Shown here piece after piece: positions 13,626 through 26,400 of a stretch of DNA of 64,000 nt; positions within the stretch are counted from its first letter, which is position 1, and each line of letters opens with the position of its first letter. The stretch comes from Mobula birostris. Taxonomy: Eukaryota. The notes below the pieces were generated by a model. It was not told the origin of the DNA. It saw only the letters and a list, made by a program, of their open reading frames with translations, and made no database searches. The position numbers were made by a program, and so were the translations under genes. The stretch spans positions 14,777,884 through 14,841,883 of the forward strand of contig NC_092371.1 of NCBI RefSeq assembly GCF_030028105.1, written 5' to 3'.

Positions 13626-14329
13626 TATTGTTATTTCGGTATTATTTTTGTATTTGCATAGTTGTATGCCAATTGGTTATTTATCGGTATGTACGGGAGT
13701 TTATTGATTCTAGTGTTTTTCTTTTTTAATTACTGTGACGACCAGCAAGAACATTAATCTCAATGTTGGGGTATGCCCTGTCATAGAAAGCCGAGCTGAC
13801 ATTTGAGGGCCACGTCCACAGTGAGAAGACTAAAGAAATCCAAGAATGTTGCAGGAGTGGAGTCAAGCGATGCAGGAAAGAAGACGCTTTGGCTTCGAAT
13901 ATAATTAGCTCACCGCATGTGAGGGAGAGGAGAGAGAGAGAGAGAGACTCTGAGCTTCTTAGTAGTTAGTAATGTGTTAAAGATTAGCTTTATGTGTCAC
14001 ATATACATCAAAGGATACAGTGAAATGCGTCGCATGCGTCGAGAACATGCAGGTAGCAGCCGTAGGTGTCGTTACCGTGACGGCACCTACTTACTAACGT
14101 GCCCATAACTTACTAACCGTAACCCATGCATCTTTGGACTGTAGAGGAAACACGAGCACTGGGAGCAAACTCAGTCTTCTGGAGAACGTACACACTCGTT
14201 ACAAATATTGGGGGGACCTGAAACCCGATCTTACAGCGAGTGTTGAAATAGTGTTGAAACTGCTACGCCTCCTACGCTATTAGAATATTTTACTGGCACG
14301 GACAGAAAATTGATTTGTTAATTTGCTCA

Positions 14330-15215
14330 GTAACTCAACATTCGTTGGGTGCATACAGGGAGGACAGGAGGTTGAATAGAGCGCCTTGGTGGAAGACAAT
14401 GAAAAATAGGACAGCTCAACATCAGTAAGACAAAGGAGATGGTGAAGGACTTCAGGAAGACTAAGCCTGCAGTGCTCGCTATTACTATTGATGGTGAGAA
14501 CGTGGATGTGGTGTGGACCTATAAGTACCTGATGGTGCACTTGAGTGGAGCATAGAGGCTGTGTACAAGAAGGACGAGGGTCACCTCTACTATATGAGTA
14601 GATTGAGGTCATTTGGAGAATGCAGGCCTTTCCTTCACATGTTCTACCAGTCTGTTGTCGGCAGTACAGTCTTCTGTGTGCTGGTGTGTTGGGAAAATGG
14701 CTTCAACACTGGTAATGCCAACAGGCTCACTAAACTGACTAGAAAGGCTGGTTCAGCTGTAGGAGTCAAAGTGGATACACTGGAGGCTGTGGCAGAACAA
14801 AGCATCCTACGGAAAATTCCAGCTATTCCGAACAATTTATTCTACCCTCTGCATGTCACCTTGGCTGAACAGAGGAGCAGTTTTAGTAACAGAGTGGCGA
14901 CCCACTTTCTGGCACACACGAACCGGCTCACGAAACAGCGCGCGCAGGCAGAGGCCGGCCTCAAAAAGGGCGCCAGGCCATCTTCACCAGCAGGGGGGAA
15001 ATCCCGCGCGCGGAAAGGGTCTGGGAATATGCATTCCCCACAGCAGTCCCGCCCCAGGGAGGGCGGGAACGGGAAGGCTTTAAAGCAGGCCGCGAAGTTG
15101 GAATAAATCTCTCTCATCGCAACTCCAACTCACCGACTACGTTTAGTTATTTTAGCGCTGTGTGTAGCACACCGCTACAATAGACTAAAACAACGGCACT
15201 GATCCAAAGAGCTTC
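14330..15215 (+). mobile_element. Rex1/Babar-like LINE 3' fragment interrupted by a solo LTR
   Basis: ORF 14561-: LYYMSRLRSFG...MFYQSVVGSTVFCVLVCW; the element resumes after 15179 (tagactaaaacaac). Confidence 0.7.
14892..15179. mobile_element. short solo LTR (about 290 bp)
   Basis: gtggcgaccc...aataaa...ccgctaca; flanks caga/taga resemble a 4-bp TSD with one mismatch. Confidence 0.55.
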
Positions 15216-16649
15216 ATGTCAGGTTATTCTTACACCCGAGTGTTTCGTGTGTTCGCTTGGCAGAAGACAAGCTGTATTTCGTTGGACTATAGCCGGCTGC
15301 AATATTCATTGCCTATGGAACTTGGACGATATAGCTATTGCCTGGCTACGTTTTACTGCTATCTTATATGTACCATATATGCCTTGCGATGTGTCTTATG
15401 GTTGGTACTATGCTTTGCAACTTGGGCCCGGAGTAAAGCTGTTTTGTTTGCCTGCATTTGTCCTATTCGTGAATGTCAATTAAATTTGATCTACGAATTG
15501 TTTTAGGAAGAATTAATGGCAATTGTTTTTGCGGGTTTGGGGTGACGGGGCGGACAGAAGGAAAAACACTTCCTCCAGTGGGTTGAGGATTGATTGCAGA
15601 GCAGGGGAGAAGAAACCCCATTGGGATCAGATGACTCAGGGAGTATGCTGCAACACAAAGCATGGGAGAATAGCTGGTCGTTTTTGTCCCCTCCTTCCGG
15701 AAAAAAAAAAAAATGTTGTTGAGATGAGTCAACCGGAAATACAAGTGTGCATATTTTTGAGTGTTTGTCGGGTGTAGATATTAAAAGACCATGAAGACAT
15801 AGGAGCCGAATTCGGCCATTTGACCATTGGATTCGGCCCCGCTGTTCCATCATGGTTGATTTATTTTCCCTCAGAGCACCATTCCTCTACCTTCTCCCCG
15901 TAACCTTTAACTAATCAAGTTAACCCTGCCTAATCAAGAACGTATCAACCTCTGTTTTACATATATTCGATGGTTTCACTTCCATAGCTAATTCTGGCAA
16001 TGAATTCCACAGATTCACAACCTTCTGGTGACCAAGCCATTTGATTGGGCAATCGAAAATTGAAAGCTCAAACAAATAAAAATAGGGGTAGCTCAAGCAG
16101 AGAGGCCAGTGAGTGAGGGGGCCAGTAAAGTAGTGGAGCTTTGAGGCTTTGACTCGGCAGGTTTTGGCATTTTTGGCAGTTGGATTATGCACTCAACTCA
16201 ATCAAGATTTGAATAGCTCAGACTGAGCAGGTAGCAGTTCATTGGGCAATCTAGATTTTAACAGGTCAGACTCAGCAGAAAGCAGCTGATTGGGCAATCG
16301 AGGTCAGGTGACCAAGCGGTTTGATTGGGCAATCGATAAAAGAAAAGTTCAAACAAATAAAGAGAGGGGTAGCTCAAGCAGAGCGGCCAATGAAGGAGTG
16401 GAGCTTTCAGGCTTTGGGTGTAGAGGCTTCGGCGAGAAGAGGGGGAGGAGGAGCTTGCTCGCAGAGAAGTAAGGCCAGGTAAGTTTCTTTACTTAATTTA
16501 CTTAACTTAGTATTGGTAATGGAGACAGTAGATAGGGCAGTCCAGTGCTCAGATCGTAGGATGTGAGAAGACAGGGACAGCACAATTGTCGCTAATGACT
16601 ACACCTGCAAAAGGTGCCTCCAGCTGCTGCTCATGTCAAACCGCTAATG

Positions 16650-17045
16650 CCCACCTCCCCCTCGTACCCCATCCGTTATTTATTTATATACACACATTCT
16701 TTCTCTCACTGTCCTTTTTCTCCCTCTGTCCCTCTGACTATACACCTTACCTATCCTCTGGGTGCCCCCGCCCCCTTATCTTTCTTCCCGGACCTCCTGT
16801 CCCATGATTCTCTCATATCCCCTTTGCCAATCACCTGTCCAGCTCTTGGCTCCATCCGTCCCTCTCCTGTCTTCTCCTATCATTTTGGATCTCCCCCTCC
16901 CCCTCCCACTTTCAAATCTCTTACTAACTCTTCCTTCAGTTAGTCCTGACGAAAGGTCTCGGCCCGAAACGTCGACTGTACCTCTTCCTAGAGATGCTGC
17001 CTGGCCTGCTGCGTTCACCAGAAACTTTGATGTATGTTGCTTGAA
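16650..17045 (+). mobile_element. Penelope-like element terminal fragment inserted in CR1 ORF1
   Basis: CT-rich tract followed by cctgacgaaaggtctcggcccgaaacgtcgac and agatgctgcctggcctgctg. Confidence 0.65.
16942..16977 (+). ncRNA. minimal type I hammerhead ribozyme motif
   Basis: AGTC-CTGACGA-stem II-GAAAC-GTC-GACT: conserved core boxes, GUC cleavage triplet, and stem I AGTC/GACT. Confidence 0.75.
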
Positions 17046-19089
17046 CTTCAGATCGTTCGAGAGGCAGAGACGGAGTTTCAGGGAGACAGTCACCCCTAAA
17101 AGTCAGGAGGCAGGTAACTGGGTGACTGTCAGGAGAGAGGAGGGGAATAGACAGAAAGAGCAGAGCATTCCTGTAGCCGTTCCCATCAACAATAAGTAGA
17201 CTGTTTTGGATACTGTTGGTAGGGACGACCTCCCAGGGACAAGTTGTAGTGCTCGAGTCTCTGGCACCGAGACTGGACCCTCAGATCAGAAAGGAAGGAG
17301 GGTAAAGTGGAAAGTAGTAGTGATAGGGGATTCGATAGTTAGGGGGACAGATAAGAGGTTCAGTGGGAGATATCGAGGATCCCGGATGGTCTGTTGCCAC
17401 CCTAGTGCTAGGGTCCGCGATATCTCGCATGGAGTTCTCGGTATTCACTGGCGAGAGGGTGAGCAGCCAGATGTTGTGGTCCACGTGGGGACCAATGATA
17501 CAGACAGGAGTAGGGATGAGGTCCTGAAGAAGTAATATAGGGAGTTAGGTAAGAAGTTAAAAAGCAGGACCTCAAGGATGGTAATCTCAGGATTGCTGCT
17601 CGTGCCACGAGACAGAGAGGGTAGGAACAAGAAGTTATGGCAGATGAATGCGTGGCTGAAGTGTTACGTCAGGGGGCAGGGGTTCAGATTTCTGGATCAT
17701 TGGGATCTTTTCTGGGTAAGGTCTGACCTGTACAAAAAGGACGGGCTGCACCTAAATTGGAACGGGACAAATATCCTGGCGGGCAGGTTTTCTAAATCTG
17801 TTGGGGAGGGTTTACACTAGTTTGGCAGGCGGGTGTGATACAGAATATGAGTGCAGAAATTAGGATAGAAGGACATTGGCATGATGCTATGTGTTCTGAG
17901 TTGGTGAGGAAAGACAGGCAGGGGACAAAACATAAAGATAGCCAGTTAGAGGGGTCGAAATGTGTCAATTTCAACACTAGGCGTATTAGCAATAAAGGGG
18001 ATAAACTTAGAGCACGGATCAGTATGCGGACTACGATGTTGTGGCCGTTACTGAAACTTGGCTGGAGGTAGGGCAGGATTGGCTGATGCAGGCACTGGGG
18101 TTTAGGTGTTTTAAAAGTATTAGGATGGGAGGTAGAAAAGTAGGGGGGTGGAGTAGCATTACTGGGCAGGGATAGTATCACGGCTATATAAAGGAAGGAC
18201 ACTGCAGAGGGAGTGTCCACTGAGTCGGTATGGGTGGAAGTCAGAAATACGAAGGGATCAATCACTGCGCTGGGAGTAGTCTATAGTCCCCCAAATAGCC
18301 CTCAGGACACCGAGGAGCAGATAAGCAGTGCAGGAAATATTGGGTTTTAGTTATGGGTGATTTCAACTTCCCTCATATTAACTGGCATCTCCTGACTGCA
18401 AGGGGCTGAATTTTCAAGTATATTCAAGAAGGATTCCTGACACAGTATGTGGACCGGCCGACGAGAGGAGAGGTCATACTTGATCTAGTTCTGGGAAATG
18501 AACCTGGTCAGGTGATAGACCATTTGGTGGGGGAGCATTTTGGTGAGAATGAGAACAGCACCCGTAGCTTCAGCATAGCTATGGAAAAGGATAAAAAGTG
18601 ACAAAATGGGAATGTGCAAAGCTGGGGAAGGGCTAACTATGAATGGTTGAGGCAGGAACTAGCGAGAGTAAATTGGAAACAGATGTTCAGGGGAGAAAGC
18701 ACAGAAGTAATGTGGAGGAAGTTTAGGGACCACTTGTGCTGGGTTTAGGATAGGTTTGTCCCACTGAGACAGGGAAAAAATTCGTTATTTCTAATTACAT
18801 CCGAAGTATGTCTATATCCAAGTATGCACAACTTAATTCACTTCTCTTGAAAACACCGTGGCCATCATCCCCTACGAAGACAAAGAAGTCCCTTCAGTAC
18901 AGAGATGAGGAGGAATTCATTTAGCCAAAGTGGAGGTCGACAGGGCGTCAAATGTTACGGGAGGGTGTGGGGAAGCAGGATAATAGAGTTGAGAAGGATA
19001 ATAAATTAGTCTTGCTGGAATGGTGGAGAAGATTTAATGGGTCGAATGGCCTAATTCTGCTTCTATGTCTTGTGGTCTTATAGTACTAT

Positions 19090-20170
19090 CCTTGCTTCTT
19101 CACCTCACTCCCAAAAGCCGATTCTGAGGATTCTTTGAGGAGTCTTCTCACCACTGAAGCGAAACAGAATTTAATCGTACTGTAGAAGAAGGCTGATGGG
19201 GCGACCGGTCTCCTCCTATCCCCGTGACATTCGGCGGTGCTCTCCGTTTCCACTCGCAGTCTACCTACGCTGCTCGACAGCGAGAAGTCAGGCGGAAGAG
19301 AAGATTTCGTCATCCGGATATGACGTACAATAGCAGGTGTCCAATCGGGAAAGGGAGTCAGTTACAGTTCCTGCCACTCGTTGCAGATTTTCTGACCTCC
19401 CGGGAGTCATGCTCAAGTATGTGTCAATGCAATACAGAGGACATGTATGTCTTTCCCAGTGTCTGCATACTTACGTCCGCTAAACAACGTTAAGCAATTT
19501 CAATCATACTCAGTTGAGAAACTGCCTGTCCTGCCCTATATACCAACTCTTGGGACATCATCTCGCGAAATCTCTGTGAAATTCTTCCGCTTCTTTTTCA
19601 AACCACATTCCAAGAGTGGATGGAGTAAAGATCTGGGAACATAATTGGTGAAAGAGACACGGAGTTTGAGAGGGCGTAGTCTAATAGAAGAGAACAGAGG
19701 GTCATAAAAGAAAGAAAAGAGGGGAGGAACAGCGTGGGGGGGGAGGGAGATGATAGGCAGGCAAGGAGATAAGAGGACAAAAGAAAAGGGAGATGGGGAA
19801 TGGTGAAGAAGAGGGGGTGGGCGTTATCGGAAGTTCGAGAAATCGATGTTCATGCATCAGGTTGGAGGCTACGCAGTTGGAATCCAAGATGTTGTTCCTC
19901 CAACCTGAGTGTCGCCTCTTCGCGACAGTGGAGGAGGCCATGGATCGACATATCGGAATGCGAAAGCGAAGTTTAACTTAGATGGGTGACTTATCTGAAA
20001 GAGAATTTAACTTTACTTTTTATCCGCTGCGGAAATTCGGCTTGATATAATTCAAGAACTTTAGGAAGGCTTCAGTCACAATGTACAATAAGACAGACTG
20101 GATATCTAGAGCGTATTGCATTTTCGATTCCCCGCGTTGCTGTTGATAAATGCAGAGGAGGCCTGACCCA
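19090..20170 (+). pseudogene. decayed V-C1 receptor paralogue; C1 exon split by a Penelope-like insertion
   Basis: V relics: Y-W(frameshift)-x-KKADGA at 19178, TIAGVQ...YSSC, F*PPGS, donor at 19417. Then a 97-bp intron and acceptor at 19513. C1 first half EKLPVLPYIP...FFKPHSKSGWSKD (19514-19644); C1 second half KASVTMYNKTDWISRAYC (about 20065-20119). Confidence 0.5.
19650..19975 (-). mobile_element. Penelope-like fragment
   Basis: Purine-rich tract plus gaagttcgagaaatcgatgttcatg...gttgttcctccaacctgag, the reverse complement of the same family seen at 16650. Confidence 0.55.
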
Positions 20171-23100
20171 AAGCAAAGCCATGGAGACGATGAAGAGATG
20201 AATGATAACTGTACTAATAGACCGCAAAATAACAAGCCTCATGGGACCACAAAATCAGAGAAAGCAAACTACAACCAACAAGCTACAGGAGACAAGGTCT
20301 GCGTTAGCCAGGAGGAGTGAAAACTATGAGCAACTGGATAAGATTGGTTCGATGAGAGAACAAGGACTGTGGATAAGAACTGTGGATAAATAAAGTACAG
20401 ATGAGGAGACTGGAAAGAGCATTAGGTGAATCCAGTGAACTGGGTGGAGAATGCGAGGTGTCTGCGCGTGCAGCTGAGAGGTGTCAGCGGGAGGAGGCCT
20501 TACAGCTGAATGGTTTATCCAGCTGCAACTGAGCAAAGGTACAGCAAAAATTCACAGGTCAAACATTTGCGGTTAAAACTCTGACAAATGATTCAAGGGC
20601 CAGATCTGAAGCAGACTACGTTCAATATCAACCGGTGCTTAATAGCGTGTAAACTCGCGTTCCCAGTCCAGGGTTTACACTGTTTATACAGAATGCATTC
20701 TTCTGGCGTAAATTTCCCGAAATTTTATAAAGGATTCTGTAAAGACACTTCACTTCAGTCGGCAAGCACAACTAAATTTGACATGCCGTCCTCTTATTGC
20801 TACCATCAAGGAAAACACATAGGAGTAGGAAGAGACATGCAATGTTTCAGCAACAGCTTATTTCCGTCTGCCAATGATTTCTGAATGGACAATGAAACCA
20901 TCACGCTACCTCAGTATTTTCCCTCTCTTTTTGTACGATTGATTTAATGTAATATTTAAATCTACTAATTGTAATTTATAGATTTTATTATTATATTTTG
21001 CAATTTACTGTTGCCGCAAATCAACATGTGGTAATGATATTAAACCTGATTCCGATTCGCAGTTTAATAACTGGGTCAATTCAGACCCTTACCACCATGC
21101 TTGCTTTGACAAAGGATACTCTGAGGTGCGGAGGTGGAGGGCAGCCAACAACGATGAGCGGGAAAAGAGGAGGGGAGACGTTAGGGGAAAATGGGTGAGG
21201 AGACGGAGGGTATTTGAAGCTACCAATAATAATAGTTTCACGGTATTGGTCTCCAGTTGAAATGACGAGGACTTCCTCTGCTTCAGAAGGCACAGAGTCA
21301 AATGCTTACACAATTATAACATATTTAGCAAGAAAGACAGGAAACCCAGTTTGATTGCAGTTCACCGACACACTGTTTCAGATCTAAAAATATTTGCTAG
21401 ATTTATGGTATGTGTGAGATGATTCACTTCAAGTTCAAGTGCAACTTACTATCTTTCAAACTTACGCAAGTATACAGCCAAACAAAATGGCTTTCCTCCG
21501 GGTCAAAGTGCTTCACGATACAGTACACAGAACTCACACATGACACATGCAATGATATTACCACAAATAAAATAACTTCCAGCAGACTGACATTTTGTCA
21601 ATCTTCACTTCAGCAGCGATTGCTAAAACGCGTTGCGATGTTTCCCTTCAGCCGAGGCTCCGTGTGGTGCTAATGATAAGACAAAGGTATCATGTTTGGC
21701 CCAGAATATGGATATACGGTGAAATCCGCAGGGGTTGCGCAGTTTTCTCCTGGTGGAACTCAGTTGCATGATGGGTGTGAGGAAGCCAATCGCAATGATC
21801 CGTCTGTCCCCTGCTTCTATTCATATCCAAAGTTAATAAAGATTGTGCTGCATCAAATTTAATGAAGCAATTATTCCGACATTCTTTGTCGTTTGCACCA
21901 GAGAATCATACATTTCCTCCAGTCTTTGATAAGAAGAGTTCCTTAACGTCACTCCTAGAACCCGGGTTCTGTCTCCTTCTGCTGGAGGCTCCCGACCGGT
22001 GGCAGTTTCTTTCTAACCACCTAACTATATTTAAAACCCATTAAATAATCCTTTACTCGTCTAACTGCAGCGTTATTTTCAAAATCTTCAAGGGAACCGG
22101 AAGGTCGTACAGAAACTTCAAACCCAATTTGACGAACGCTTCTCGGTATGTATCTTAGATATTATTTGGTCAGATTACTCTTGATATATTGTGAGCGGTT
22201 TTCGGCCTCTTATCTAGTAAAGTATGTTTTGTCAGACAGGGTAGCCGGGAATAATAACGGGAATGAAAAGTCTACTGTATGAGGACCGTCTGATGGTGGG
22301 AGTTTTGGAGAATGAAGAGAGGTCTCAGTGAAACATGTTGAACAAAGGTCTAGCTGCAGTGCATGTGGAGAGGATGTTTCCTATAGTGGGGAAATGTAAG
22401 AGCAAAGGCACAGCCTCAGAATAGAAGGACGTCTCTTTAGAACAGAGAAGAAGAGATATTTATTTATCCAGAAGGTGGCGAATCTGTGGAATTCATTACC
22501 ACAGACAGCTGTGAAGGCCAAATGTTGAGTATACGTAAAGCGGAGTTTGATAGTTTCTTGATCAGTAAGGATGTCAAAGGAAGACAGAAGAATGGTATTG
22601 AAGGGGATAGGAATTCGGCAATGATGGAGTAACGGAGCCAACTCGGTGGTTTGATTGGTCTAACATTTTCCTATGTCATGTAGTCTAATGGTTGATGGTC
22701 TAAAACTAGGCTGTATTCTCTAAAAGGGCAAAGAAGTCTTTATCGGATGTGGGCGAAGAATTTCTCCAAATGCTTCGAGTGTTTGCCGAGTAGCGGTTTA
22801 TACACGTTCAAGATTCAAGAGTCAAGATTGTTTATTGTCATTCTTCAGCATACGACTTTATAAATAGAACAAAATGATTGCTGCTCTGGATCCGTCGCAG
22901 CGTAAAAGACAATAAGCACAGTAAGCACAATATACGCGCAAAGAAGCACAATAAATATAAAGGCAATCCTAATAAACATAATGTACAATAACTGATTAAG
23001 CTGCAGCGTAAGTTGTACCCACAAGTGGAATAACCTCGAAAATTGCCATTGATCAATGCAAAGCCATTCTTTTTAATCATATTCCAATATATTTAATTTA

Positions 23101-23377
23101 TACAAAAGAAAAAAAAATCAAAAAATAACCCCGAGGGAGGTTTTGAGATTAGACAATGTAATCTATGCAAGAAGCCTTTGTTCTTCACTTAAGGCTTAGA
23201 ATATGCCTGAATCGCGACAGCAATGTTAGTCCAACATTTTATTCCCATGATAGATGAGCCCGTACAATTTTTGTCCATCGCGGAGAGTCAGGTCTTGAGT
23301 TGATCAGAGGGTTTTAGTGTGACCCCAGATTCGGTCAAATACTCCGTAATCCATCCGAGCAGAAACAAGCCAGATTC

Positions 23378-23440
23378 TCATCTGCGGTGAGAGGATGATG
23401 CAGCGAAGTCGAGAGAGGCGTAAAGGATCGGCGCTTCGGT
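23378..23440 (-). CDS. gene B exon 6, ITIM-bearing terminal exon
   Basis: Acceptor gatacacattccag|; phase-0 reading TEAPILYASLDFAASSSHRR*; ILYASL fits (I/L/V/S)xYxx(L/V). Confidence 0.78.
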   Translation of the reverse strand, partial: TEAPILYASLDFAASSSHRR

Positions 23441-26400
23441 CTGGAATGTGTATCAAACATTGACGATTAAAGTTATCGCAGCATAACTTCCCGTTGTTCA
23501 ACAGAGTAACGAGTGTACTAACCTTCCTCTACGAGACACATTCTTAACTAACTCCAGCAGATTACTAAAATACGGCTTATGTTTCATAATTTCCTGATGA
23601 CTCATTTCATACCATCACTTTTTAGTACACAATCCCAAACATCAAGTTTACGAATCTTAGAACGGTGTTCAAAGAACGTCCGTACCTGAGCCTCACTGCC
23701 GTGTCCCTGGCGCGTCGCTGATTGACGATGTGTCCCTGTGCATTGAAAGAGTATGAATTAGAACTATTATCTGGCCGATTTATAATTAATCACAGAAATG
23801 TCTTGTATGTCATAAATCCCAAATATGACAATTGACACCAATATACCAGTTAATCGGTCTATGCTAATAGTTTCTTATTATTTCGCATTCACCAATTGCT
23901 CTCAGATGTGTTGTCACTTTCTTATTCATTCCCCAATATGACAATGACCCCCAGGATGAGAATAGTTACCAAATGCACAAGCGAACCCGTCTTGAAATCG
24001 TATACACTAATGAAAGCATAATATTTAAGGATTCCCAAATTCGTAAAACGTGCAGGAGGCGTAGAGAGGGCATGATCTCCTCAATACACTCACGAGGAGA
24101 TAATGAAACGTTATAAGACCATAAAACATGGAAGCAGAATTAGGCCATTCCGCCCATGGAATCTGCTCCACCATTCCGTCATGTCTGATCCTGCATTCCT
24201 CTCAACGCCATACACCTGCCTTCTCGCCATAAACTTTGATGTACTGACTGATCTGGAAGCTATCAACTTTCACTGTAAATATCCCCACGGTCTTGGCTTC
24301 CACCGCTATCTGCGGCACAGCATTCAGGATTCACTACCCTCTAGCTAAAATAACTCATCCTTACCTTTGTCGCCTTCAATTTTGAGGCTGTCCCCTCTAA
24401 TTCTGGACGCCCACGATAGGAAACATCCTCTCCACATCCAACTTGTCTCTTCATTTCAACTTTCGTAGATTTCAATGAGATCCCCCATTCTCCTAAACTC
24501 CAAAGCTGCCAAATGCTCCTCATATGTCCACCTTTTTCATTCTCGGAATCATCCTCATAAAACTCCTTTGGATTCTCTCTAATGACATAGCTATTTATTT
24601 CTTCAATGCATCCACGAGGAGATATTGAAACATTCTGTGGCGAGTCCAATTGGTCCTGGGTTTGGGAATGCAATAACCGATTGTCTTAAGATAGGTAAGG
24701 GTAAGGATAATTCGGCAAATGGCATGTTTGTCTTTTTTGGTAAGGATATTGAGTGTAAGTGTATGGAAATCATGCTGCATCGATATAAAACCCTGGCCAG
24801 ACCGCACGTGGAGTATTGAGTGCATTTTCCGTTCCACCATTACAAAAAAACTGCAGAGCGCGCAGAAGAGATGTACAATGATGCTGTCCGGGTTAGCGGT
24901 ATGAACTATAAGTAAACGTTGGACATATTTGAGTTGTAGTTTAAAGCAAAAAAAAAAATCAAAAACACAGTAAAACACCAGCAATTGTAAGACGATCAAT
25001 GCGGAAAATGCCAAGAGAAAACAGAAGCAATCCAAGATATCACAGGATCCTGCCGCAGTTTAACTCAATGGGTTATTTACAAGGGCAAAATCAACTGGCA
25101 AACATCATTCCCAAAATTCTTACTATGAAATAAAAACTTATGAAAGACATTACACTTTACTATAAACAGAAGCCTTACCCATTTTAGAGTCAGTGTCCTG
25201 CAAATTATATTATGATGTATCCCTTATTACTAATGGAGCAATACATAATTACCGTCCGGATACAACATTACCGGGCAAACAAGCAAGAACAACTTACTCA
25301 ATAGATATAGCCATTCGAAACATACGTAACATACAACACTCAATGAGCGAAAACCCCCAGATACACGCTGAATTAAAAGAAGAAATTGAAAGTCTATGGA
25401 ATATGAATAGGGAATAAATACATTGCTCCGATAGTAATATCTACGAATTGTACCAACTCAGTACAACAGCATTAAAAATTAGGCGCACAAAACAGCATTT
25501 ATGTAAATCCTAAGAAAGCCGCAATACTAAATGTCATTTGGATAATCTGAAAGTTCGAAGAAATTGAGAAATTGTGAAATGTGTGTACTTGTCTATGCCT
25601 GTACCTCAGATTTTACCAGCTAAAACCGAGAAAAAAAATAATAGTAATAAGAGCTCACTGGTGAAAATATCATGATCATCGTCGTTCTGTGCCGTGTGAT
25701 GCTCAGATATTATCAATACTCTTCAGAGAATGTCTGCCTGGCGTCAGTGGTCGCATAACCAGGACTGGTGATGTGCACCAGCTACTCATACAACCGCCCT
25801 CCACCAAATTCCATGGCTTCATGCAACCCTGATCGAGGTTGGGGGGCGGCTAAGCAGGTGCTACACCTTGCTTAAGGGTGACCTGCAAGCTAGAGGAGGG
25901 GAAGAATTCCTGAAACCAGGGACATTCCAACACATTACAGGATGCTGCAGCAGTTTAACTCAATCTAACTACCTACACAGGCACAATCAAATGGGAAGCA
26001 TCATGCACCAAAATTGTGCTCTAGAATCTAAACGCATAAAAGACATTGTACCTTACCACAGGTGCAGGCCTGATTCAGTTTTAGAGTCAATACTTCAAAT
26101 TATATTTTGAGCGAACAAGAGAAAATCTGCAGATGTTGAAAATCAAAGTAATACACACAAAATGCTGATGAAAGGTCTCAGCCCGGAATATAGACTGTTT
26201 ACTATTTTCCGTAGATGCTGCCCAGCCTGCTGAGTTTCTCCAGCATTTCGGCTGCATTGCTATGTTATGATCGATCTTTTATTATTGGTAAGACAATCCA
26301 TTATAACCGGCAAATGTCATATTACAGGATAAATAAGTGAGAAAAACGTAGTTGAAAGATATAGCCATTCCAAACACAGAAAAAATACAAAAATTAACAA

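Larger units (their letters stand above)
15990..18780 (+). mobile_element. degraded CR1 LINE 5' part (5'UTR repeats, ORF1 SGNH esterase, start of APE endonuclease)
   Basis: VVVIGDSIVRG and VVVHVGTND (17206-17535); DGLHLN (17578-17820); endonuclease motifs from 17950. Confidence 0.88.

Noticed and set aside
16030-16340. Repeated gattgggcaatc motifs
   Set aside because: These are CR1 5'UTR tandem units, not a spacer-repeat array
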